Below, piece after piece: positions 39,901 through 51,000 of a DNA stretch of 64,000 nucleotides; position 1 is the first letter of the stretch, and each line of letters opens with the position of its first letter. The translations under genes and the position numbers were made by a program. A model generated the notes under the pieces. It saw only the letters and a program-made list of their open reading frames with translations, was not told where the DNA came from and did no database searches. The stretch comes from Podarcis bocagei. Taxonomy: Eukaryota. The stretch lies in the NCBI GenBank assembly GCA_964188305.1, contig OZ076885.1, one strand, 5' to 3'.

Positions 39901-42900
39901 CAAGGCCTGGCTGAGATTACATCCCAGATGCTGATGACATGGGCAGAAATGTGAGAAGCAGTCAGAACAGATAAGGGCAAGCCAAGACTGAGCACTTACC
40001 AACCCTCTCGAGGAGCTCATACAATCCCAGGCATGCATGATGCTCTGGCCTGAATCCTAAGGGTCTTGCCTACAGTGGAGGAAAGGACATTACAGGCCTC
40101 TCCATTTCTGTGGGAAGTTGGGTGGAGTTCTCCCCACGACATACAGCACAGCCTAGCTTGCCAGCTTCCTCCCCAAGGAGACAGCAGCACTTGCCCTGAT
40201 TCCATACCTGATTCAGGCGACGTTCGCCGTGTCCGGCGCCCTTTGCCTCTGCTCCGAGTGCTCTTCCCTTCCTGAGGCTGCAATGCGTTGTCCTTTTTCT
40301 CTGCCACTTTCCCAGTCTTTCTTTCCAACTCTCTGTTTGCACCGTGGGTCCCTGCCCTGTTTCTATCTGCTCCTGGTTCCGTCTTGGCCCAGGGCAGGGA
40401 ATGTCCATTCTGGCCAGATTCCCGTTTCCGGGCATGCGAGGCTGCACTTGGACCCTTGGGCTCATGGCTCCCTTTCGCCGCGTTCACAGACGATCCATCC
40501 ATGCAGTCATTGCTCTCTGGATGCCCAGCCTGCAGGAGGTCTCTCCTTCCCAAGGGGGCAGCCAGAGTCAGCGGGCACTGCTCCACCTTCCTCCGCAGAT
40601 CCTGCCCATTCAGCTCGCTTTCCTTCTGACCCCTGCTGGGCTCTGCCACCTGCTCAGCTGTGGCCACGCTCCTCGCCAGAGGCTTTTGCGTCCCCTTGGT
40701 CTCGTCCCTGGGCCCCACCAGGACCACGCTGGACAACACCAGCTGCTGCACGCCGTGGGCATTCTCTGCCAGGGGCAAAGCCTTGAGGGGCTTGAGTTTC
40801 CGTGGTGGGGGGACCCTGGGAGCAGATGGCTCAGCGGAGGAACGTGGCGACGGTGACCTGAAGAGCTCTTGCGACCGCCGCAGCTGCTGCTGAGACACGG
40901 TGCGCTTGATGCGGCCCAGCTCCTCCGTGAACTTGTGCTCCATGTCGTGCACGCGGCTGGAGAAGCGGCCGCGCTCATCCAAGGAGGCCGCCTTCTGGTG
41001 GAAGGCCCGGCGCCGGAACGCCACGCCGCCCAGCTCGGAGCGGGTGTCCTCTTGCAGGTCCTCGTGGGAGACGGCCGAGAGGAAGGGGCTGGCATCATCG
41101 AAGCCGGGCTGGTCAAAAGAGCGCGTCTTGCGTAGCGGCAGCCATGTGTGCCCCGCAAAAGGGTTCTCGTTCTGCTCCAGGCTTTTGCGCCGCTCCTCAA
41201 AGAACTTCAGCTTGTCAAAGATTTTGGAGCCCGTCCGCGGCAGCTTGGGCGATGGGCGGAGGACGGAGACGCGGCTGGAGGCCTCGCTCAGCGGCGTCTG
41301 GGGCCGGGACTCTCCTGTGCAAGCCTGAGAGTAGCCAGATGACTTGGGGCGCTTCAGCTTCTCATCCTGTTCCTCGGATGCCGTATCTTGGAACTCAGGG
41401 GGCATCAGCAGCTTCCTGCGGGGAGCCACAGGTGGGGTGGGGCCACGGCCAGCCCCAGGCGGCTGGACGGGGCACTGCCCTGCTCTGGGGGACACTGGGC
41501 GCTGGAGAGGAGGCTTCTGTGCTGGTGGGTGGAGGGTATCTGTGCTGGTTTTGCTGCTGCTGTTGGCATCATCCCTCCGGTACCCACCATGGGGGAGGTT
41601 GCTGCAGTTGGAAGGCAAGACATGGCACAGTTTGCTAAGGCAGGACAGCCTGAAAAACTCAAAAGAAGGTGAGCGGCAAGGGAGCAGGTGCCTATGCTGA
41701 TGTCTTATTGATGTTTTGAATGCTGATTTACGGAACTTTTGTTGATTTTATCCTTATATTTGCTGATTTTATCCTTTTATTGATTTTATCCTCCTACTCC
41801 GTCTTGCTACGTTTTTATGAAAGTGTGGATTATACATTAATAAATAAATAAATATGGAGAACCTGTGCTCTTTTTCTAGAAAAATAGGTGCTGGTATTCA
41901 CCATGAAGTTGTTACCGTAAGTGCCTCACAACAAAAGGGGTCCCGGTACTACGTACCCTCAGAGGCGTAGCGTGGGTTGTCAGCACTCAGGGCAAGGCAA
42001 GTAATTTGCGCCCCCTAACCCGTGGATTTGCGCCCCCTAACCCTAACCCCCAGATGTTGCGCCCGGTGCGGCCAGCCCCCCCCCTGCACCCCCCACGCTA
42101 CGCAACTGCGTACCCTTGAGTACCCCCCTGGTTAAACAAGCACGTGGCCAACTCCTCCTAATGGCAGACCTGGGGTTTAAATTACCCATGGAAGAGAGAG
42201 GTGAGGCAATGAGAAGGAGCAACAGTCGTGTACTTCTGTCCTTAGATGAAGATGTGTGTGCATGTGTACAGGGGAGGGTGTGTGTGTTTGTTTTTGCCTT
42301 CTCCAGCAGTGTGTGGCTTGGCTTACTATCTGAATCTCCTCAAGCTGTTTGCCCCACCTAGACCTTTCTACAGTGCCCCTGCTCTGTGCTGTGGCATACT
42401 GTGGTCTGGATTGCATTGTGATGGGTCTTGCCTCATAAAAATGTGGGTTTTTTTAATGTTTGATGTCTTACTTGTGTTTTAATTTGTTGGAAGCTGCCCA
42501 GAGTGGCTGGGGGGCACCCAGTCAGATGGGTGGCATATATATAAATAAATCATCATCATATTTGATTCCAAGACTGGCCAGATGGGTGAACTGGGATTCT
42601 CCGCCAAAAGTCCAGGGAAAATACCCACTCTTCCTGGCAAGATCCAACTCTTGGTCTTATCTGCTGAATGAGCCATGCCAGATGCTGCACTAGGGCAAAG
42701 GAAGAGATTGGGGGGAGCTCATCGGGCTGTGCATCAGTGGTAGATGAGTATAGGCTGGCCTGGCTTGAGGAAGCAGGGGAAGACAAGGGGAGGCCCTGGT
42801 GCAGCCAGAAATGCAACAGAAGGCAGAGGATAGGGGAATAGAGAGCTGCATCCTGTACATAGACATGCTGTTTCCCACAGGTACAAACACGAATTCATGT

Positions 42901-45900
42901 GTACATATGAACAGATACATACTTGGCACACATACATTAATTCCAAGGCCAACTCAGTTCCTTACAACAAATGGGCATGCATGTCCAGCTGCATGCACAC
43001 ACGCACACAGTGAGAATTATGCAAGTGTATACTTAGTTAGGTACCATAGCCGGAGGATGATAAGAGTGAGGATAAAGTTGGGAAAGCAAACTCAGGAGGA
43101 AAGAAGAGGGAGATGAGGGAGTCTCAAGTGACCTAACGTAGCTCTGCACCCACCCTCTCAAAGATCCTTACTACACTCACTGCCTCTGCAGTAAACATGG
43201 AGTGTGCTGCCATTTTCACAGCATGACGGGTTTCAGCTTTCGCTTTTAAGAAAAACCGCTGGTATCCAGTTTCCCATTATTACAGGGGGGAAATAATAAA
43301 AATGTGTGGGCAGTGCCTGCTAATGGCTCAGAAACTGAAATGGATCTATATATGGTATGAGGAAGAGATTTGGCACTCGACACGGCTTATCATCTCTCCC
43401 TGTTTGCCTCCCTGCATCGCTACATTTCTAGAATAAAAGGGGTTCTTAACGGGGGGGTTTAAAATGTGTGTGTGTTGAATTTATCAAAAGTCGCATTAGT
43501 GTAGCCAAAAGCACCACTACCAAAGAGATAATCACATCACCATCATTACATCATTTGTTGGGTTCTTAATTACCATTCCCTTAAGCAACAGCGACCAGTC
43601 TCTCTTTCACGTCATCCTTATGGATGAGGTTACTACCTACCTCTGATTGTGCTTCTGTATTCTATATTTTCTCCAGATTTGCCTGCCTGAAGTTGTTTAA
43701 TAATCATAGAATCATAGAGTTGGAAAGGATCCTGAGGGTCATCTAGTCCAACCCCCTGCAATGAAGGAATCCTGCCCACAGCCATCCCTGGGAGGTCTTG
43801 GGCCCCCGATCTTCTGGTTAACAGTCAGATGCACTGACCTCAGGAATAGGTGAATATAAGAACATATGAAGACCCCAGCTGGGCCAGACCAATGGCCTAT
43901 CTAGTCCAGCATTCTGTCTCCACAGTAGTCAGCTAGAGAAAAAAAATATTTGTATCCACTTACTCTACACCATGCATAATTATATATTCCTGAATGATGT
44001 GCTCCCTTTACTTTACTTTTCTAAACTAAAATCCCCAAATGCGGATGGTGGCATCGAAACCCTCCTATTTCTCCCCATTAATCTAGGCCTTGGTGGGAAC
44101 AGTATAGGCCCCTGTCTATATGACAATCACAACCTCTTGTGACTGTCTCCACCTTTACCTACACCAAGCCAGCTATGGGGGTCTCTTCTCTGTGTGGGTG
44201 AAATCAAACATTCAGATAAAACGGCAATTTCCCATCCAATGGTCCTGTCTCGGTTTGGCTAATTTACATAAAGTGCAATCAAGCCTCAGTACAGCACTTT
44301 TATGTTCCACTAATCTCAAAAGGATTCGTTTTAAGCAGGTGCTTAATCTTCCCTTGAAGTAAATGGAACTCAGAAGTACTTAATATTAGCTCAGTTGCAC
44401 CCATAAGTCATAAATTTGGATTTGGGTTATCCAGGATTCGGAGGGCTTAAATGACTCGCTTGGTCATGGCAATTTCTTCGCTAGCCCATACCAGGACTGG
44501 TATTCCTTTTGAAATCAAAGGCGATATAGGCATTATTTTACTATCAATTTAAATAATATTGCCATGCGTCAGAAGAGTGAGTGCAGCTCACTGTGCTTGG
44601 GTTGTTTTTTTAAGTGCCGCAATTGATGCCCCAATTAAATGGGCATCTCTCAGAGTTTGGTGTTGGAGGGCCTATTACTGATGCCATTGGCTTTATGCGA
44701 AACAGGGTCAGCTCCAGGCCAAAGGAAGACAGCAAACCCCGGGGAGGGGAGGAGCTATGGAGACTCTGCTCTCTATGCTCATTAGGGAGTGGGAAGCCTG
44801 GGCCAGCAGCGGATACCTACCTATGCAGCCCATTGTCCTCATAGCAACATTTTAGGAGCGCGAAGGCAGGAGGCGATGGGGAGGGGGAAGATACTGCAGC
44901 AGAGGAAGCAGTAGGAGAGACAATGGCAGGATAGTGTGGGTGGCTTCAGAGGGTATAGAGAGTACAGCGGGGGCTGTGGATGGAGGGTGCCATGACATCA
45001 GGGATCGGGACAGTGATGATGGGGCTCGGGAAAGTTTCGGTGGTGCCTCGGAATCAATGACTTAAGAGGTTGAGGGTTCAGCGAGGGATTATGACTGGAG
45101 AGTAGGGGGGAAGAGATGGTCCCAGCATAATGGCCCTTGCACCCCACTCCACGGCCCCACGGCTACTTACACGTGCAAGGAGAGGGCACGGCCCCGGTAC
45201 AGGCTGAAGGCACTGCCGTAGGGGTCGCTCCCCAGAGACAGGCTGTCCTCGGACCCCGGGGCCACACCAATCAGCTCCGCCCGTGATGCCCGCACCAGCG
45301 GCTCCACCCCCAGGTGCCGGGCCTCGGCAGGTGCTTGCCTTGGAATGCTGGGGTGCAGGTAGGGTCCCCTCACCGTGGGGCCAGCCTCTGGGTCCTTCTC
45401 CAACACCGTGGTCTGGCTCCCTGACCAGTTGGAGTGCTCATCTGTCTGGGACAGGCCTGGCACTGAGGTCGGCGTGGTCTTCATGGAGGCATCCACCAGC
45501 GTGTCCGACTCCCCTGCAAGGAAAGATAGACATGGACTGATCGAGGGGGCTGGGAGGCCCTCCATCTCCCTTGCATCAGATGGGGGCCTGGTAACCCGAG
45601 ATTCTATCGATACTGTATTGTTTAATTTAGGAGGCTGTAAAGTATCAGTTTCTTGGAGCGTGCAGTGCCACTGCATATATCATGGGTTCGCGTCAGGCCG
45701 TGTTCTTTAGGGCTAAGAATAAGCATTTTTCTCTCAGCTGGAAAGGACAAAGAAGAGGGGCGAAGAAGGAAAAGAAGACAAGGCCAGGTTGGTCACTTAA
45801 TAACTCAGCCACCAAGATGAGGCGGCCAGAGTGAAGGGAAACACAATTATGCAACACACAAGGTTCAGGCATTTGCAGTGAAGGAAGGAGAGACGAACAA

Positions 45901-48054
45901 TTTCTTATTGCAATGATATAAATGAATATTCATGTAGCTCTTTTAACATGCACAGTGCATTGCAATCATTGACTTGTTTATCCTGCTTTGCAAGGTAGAT
46001 CATTGTTCCCCCAACTTTTTAGAGACTAGCTTACCCCAGACTACCTACTTAAGGAAGAGCAGCGATGGAAGGCCAGAACCGCAGTGCTCTGTGCCAGGCA
46101 CTGAAGACAAGTTCACTGGGTATAAAGTTGCCCAAACTGAAAATGGGAGCTTATGCCTTGTGTTGTTGTCCCTGGAACCACCCAAAAAGAGGCACCGGGA
46201 TGATCAAAACAATGGGAAACCTCTTTTGTGACAGAAAACGGGGACCTGTTTTTTTGTTCAGTAAAAAGAATGTGAGAGAATAGGACTGCAATTTTTTAAA
46301 AGAGACACTTCGAGAGGAAAGAACGATTTAAAACTAAAGGAGAATGTGGAAAGGCAAACAGGTGGCTAAAAGTTGCCCAATGAAAAACTGAGGTTGGAAA
46401 GCCAAAGAAGGTTGCTAACAGTGAAAAGTGCATGGGGAATAATCTCATACATTTACTCAAAAGAATGAATGGAAACTATTCACCTGCTTAGGTGGGTGCT
46501 CTCAGGGAAATAAACCTGACTCCCCACACTGCTGACTTCTGAGAATCCAGCTTGCTCCTATCTGCATAAACATGTGCACAGCTCCATCCTGAGTCCTGTT
46601 TCTTTGTCACCTGGGAGTGTGACTGGCTTTTTTATACAATATAACGTTATGCAGAACGATTACCGTATATATATATATATATATATATATGTAGGTTTTG
46701 GTGTCTTCGGGTGTCTTCCCGTGTAAGAGTTGGGGTGTCTAGGCGACGTTTCGACGAGGTCTCACTCGTCATCTTCAGGCTGGTGCTTTCGGCTTCTTGT
46801 TACTAGAACAGAGCAGGATCTCAGTGTTTGAGTTCCTATAAATACTGTTGAGGGGGTGTGGTGTATAGCCTCCAACGTTCTGGGCAGATAGGAAGTTCCT
46901 AGGTTAATGTGCCTTTTCTTCTTTTGTTCATTAATTACTTGAGGGATATCTTGAGTGATTACTTGAGTGATATTCTGAGTACCACTTAGGAGGGTCATTA
47001 GGTGTGGATTAGTTGCTAAAGCTTTCGTGTCTTGACCTCTTGACCTTGTGAAGAGTTTTTCTGAGAAGATGGCTGTACTGCACTTAGTTGTGCTCTGGCT
47101 TGGCTTTATCTGTGGAGAGGGTCTGGGTTTGGGTCTGGTGTGGTTGATTGGAGATGGCGTTCTGTGTGCCTCTGGTTCTGGTGTCGGTTTTTGTGGGGAG
47201 GGCTAATTTCCAGATGTCTGGCAGGCGGGACGTGTCGTCACGCTTGTTCATGTTGTGAGGGTGTTTCTCTATCTCGATGGCTTCCATGATTATTCTCTTG
47301 TGGTGATGTTCCATGTTAAAGAGCAATTTGGAATCTGCAAAATTAATTTCGTGTCCTGTTTCTTTCATGTGTTGGTAAAGAGAGGAAGTTTTTCATGTGT
47401 TGGTAAAGAGAGGTAAAGAGAGAAGGCACACAGAACGCCATCTCCAATCAACCACACCAGACCCAAACCCAGACCCTCTCCACAGATAAATTACAGACAC
47501 CATCCAGTAGCCAAACCATAGTGGCACCTCCGGATGCTGCACCCCCCTGCAATCCCTACACAGATCTGGCTGGCACAGGGCACAAAACCACAGCTCGCCC
47601 CTATACACGAAGCCAAGCCAGAGCACAACTAAGTGCAGTACAGCCATCTTCTCAGAAAAACTCTTCACAAGGTCAAGAGGTCAAGACACGAAAGCTTTAG
47701 CAACTAATCCACACCTAATGACCCTCCTAAGTGGTACTCAGAATATCACTCAAGTAATCACTCAAGATATCCCTCAAGTAATTAATGAACAAAAGAAGAA
47801 AAGGCACATTAACCTAGGAACTTCCTATCTGCCCAGAACGTTGGAGGCTATACACCACACCCCCTCAACAGTATTTATAGGAACTCAAACACTGAGATCC
47901 TGCTCTGTTCTAGTAACAAGAAGCCGAAAGCACCAGCCTGAAGATGACGAGTGAGACCTCGTCGAAACGTCGCCTAGACACCCCAACTCTTACACGGGAA
48001 GACACCCGAAGACACCAAAACCTACATTCCTGTACCCGTGAAAATCTACGAAAG

Positions 48055-48090
<36 letters not shown>

Positions 48091-51000
48091 CATTGACACT
48101 TAAACCCTGCTCATTAAAGATTCCAAGTGTTGCTCAATTCAGAATACAGCCCCCATTAAGCACAATTTGCTAACTGGGATGCATGATCAACCAAGGGCTC
48201 TATCTCCCCCTGCCCCATTTGCCTAGTCATTCTGTGGAAGCTGCATGAGCACCGTCTGAAGTGACCGTGTACTGAAGGAACCCAGCATGAGGAGGCTACA
48301 GTTAAAGGCTGCGATTTTTCAGTTTTATTTCTGTGGAATCTAATGACCTTTATGCTTTGCTGAGTCCTCCTCCGATATAAAGTTGCCCTCTTTATTAAAT
48401 TAATGTTCTGCGTCGGTTAATATGTGCCCTTCTTCCAGGAAAAGGTGATGTCAGGTTGGCTATGTCTCCGGGGAGCAGTAATTCTCATGCTCCAATGGTA
48501 GCTGCCTGCAAAAAGGAACCCTGAAGAGAGAGTTAAACTCTTTGGCCAATGATCCAAAAAAGCTGGACACTCAGGGACAGAAGAAGACCCTGCTCATAGG
48601 ATTCATGGTGAACAAATCACGGGGGAGTGGGGCTATTTGTACTGGCATGGTATATGTGACATACCACTCTTGCCTCAGAAAGGGCCAGGCAAGGATAGGA
48701 TAGAAAACAGAGGAAGATGGAAAGGAATTGCTGAAATAATTAATAGAAGTGGAATACAAAAAGGGAGGTGTGAGGAGGTTGTGGAAATTAGTGAAAGAAA
48801 GATAAGATATTGAAATTGGACTGTGTTTTAAATGGTTTTTGTTTTGTTTTGTTAGTTGTATGTTAGTGTTTTGCAGTTGTTTTTTGTATTGTATTGTATT
48901 GTATTATTGTATGTTTTTTCTTTTTTGTTTTTTTGTAGTGTTGTGTTCAATTTGTTGGAAAACTAATAAATATTATTATAAAAAAACAACAGAAAGGGCC
49001 AGGCAGCAGGGAGGCTACAGTCTCGGGATTATGAGGGGATTTGGGGGCAGGATTGCTGGGGCGTCAGCAGCAACATCTTTGGTTTGAAATATAGTTCCAT
49101 GCCCATTCTGCTCAGAGTGCTTGCCAAACCTCTCCATTCACCTGCCTTCTTCTCCTCACCTGTTGGGGAGCTATAGGTGGTCTCATCCTGGAGCTGGCTG
49201 CGTTGGGTCACCTGTGTGCTGCTGGCATCATCTTCTCCCGTCTCCGAGTCTGAAGCAAGAGAAAGGACAAGGTGAGGGAGGACCTTGATCAACAGGTCAG
49301 TCCACACCTTCGCCTCGGGTGCTTGTACCCATCCATCAAAACTGTATGGCAGAGTCACAAACAGATCCCGTGAGACTCAGAAGTCCCAAGTAAGATCTTG
49401 AAAATTCAGCTCTCAGTAAAGGGGTGGCTGGATTGTGACAAAATTGACTCCTTTATTGGTGTTATGAAGAGAAGGTACAATATAAAAATTGAATTGCATA
49501 AAATAATTACTCATTATTGGAAATAATTGTCTATATTTCTGGTGATTCTTTTATCATAAGTGTTTACTAACGTATGGGGGGGCACAGAGGAAAAACATAC
49601 AAAATGGTGTCAGATGTGCTGCTCCAGCACAGATGCTCTTAAACCACCGTCAATGCCCAGTTTTAGAGAATCCTGGAGCAGGGCTCTGTTATGCTCACAG
49701 TTTTATTGTTGTAGCATTGGAAAGGCATTGAACAATATTTGTTTTAGGGTTGTATTTGTGGCATTCTAGGTCATTTTATACATTAGTGTGGTTTTATTTT
49801 GGGCTAAGGCTTATCATTTTGAATGCTCTGAATGTAATGAAAGACATGATGGCTGGTCACTAAATACAATGAAATGAATCTGATTCTAAGAAGCATTCTC
49901 TTTGTAGAGTTTCCATTTTCTTTCAGGGCTCCCCTAATTTGCAATATGCCCAACAGCAATGACCTGGAGTCTACCATACTCAGGGAAAGGCATCAAATGG
50001 CAAACTGTGTTGACTCAGCCATGTGCAAGAACATATGCAGATTATCCAGGGCCTTGCAAAACCAGTGGCATCCTTGCAGTGCAGGTTTCAACTCTCAATA
50101 ATTTGCCACCCTCTCAGGATCTAGATACTCAGGGCTGCCATAGTGCCTAGAGGAAAACAAATACCAAAGCTGCAAGTAAGGAAGCCTGGAAGGCCCATTC
50201 CTTCTCCCTTGAAAAGAGCCCAAGGGAGGAGGTGATTTGTATCTCTGTGATTCTACCTCTGCGGAATTCCAGAACTTTGTCTGCTAGGTAAACAAGGGCC
50301 CTGAACATTGGAAGAGGCAAGTGGAAGGGGGGGGGTCCCCCTCCCTTTCTTTTTGCATTTTCTTAGATGCAAATTACTGCCTCAGAAGCCACACTTTGCA
50401 AGGGAAAATGGGCTTTCATGGCAAAACTTCATATTATAGACATATTTTCTCTTTTAAAAAATGAATGTCAGGCTGCAATCTGGATCAGAAGACCTGTGGG
50501 TGGGAAGGAGGTGCTTTTTCCCGGCAGCCATTTTTCTGCTTATAATTGCCTTTCCCCTCCCCCTGCTGCTTTCCTCTCCACAGGGAGAAAGATATGGGAG
50601 GGGGGCTGTAGCTTCTTCCCTGCAGGTGGAAAGAGTAGTTTAATGGGAACTAATCTGAGTGGGAAAACACGCTGGTGGGAATACCTTAAGCCTTCCCAAG
50701 CCACCATTCCTTTACGCCCAATTACAGCCTCCTGAAATCTGAAAAAGTTACATGCCACTACATATTAACATGTAGGTTATCATTCTGCCCCCCCCCCCCC
50801 GGTTCAACAGCAACCTCAGAGACATTCCATGGAAGCATGACAGATTGCTCCCAAGTACAGCCTGGATTGCACATCCCCAAAGAAGGACTGGATAAAAATA
50901 TACATAAATTAGTAAGTCGTTGGAGTCAAATACTGAGAGCCCAGGAGTCTGCCCCTCTTGGGCATGGTGGCTCCTCCATAAAGAAAAGAAAGGAAAGGAA

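Larger units (their letters stand above)
46689..48058. mobile_element. Penelope-like retroelement, 5'-truncated, inverted pseudo-LTR arrangement, inserted in (TA)n
   Basis: GIY-YIG C-terminal peptide ([11 protein letters not shown]...[20 protein letters not shown], 47084-47368 minus); 418-bp inverted arms 46689-47106 and 47610-48027; (TA)n on both sides. Confidence 0.9.

Noticed and set aside
40229-41700. Many overlapping long ORFs, including antisense ones
   Set aside because: Shadow ORFs of a GC-rich coding exon with no independent signal.
42327-42344. 18-nt frame-preserving micro-exon with a GTAAGC donor
   Set aside because: The acceptor lacks a pyrimidine tract; likely chance.
47718-47954. 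Duplicated 78-aa ORF (also 46762-46998) as a novel small gene
   Set aside because: A by-product of the inverted pLTR arms, with no recognisable domain.
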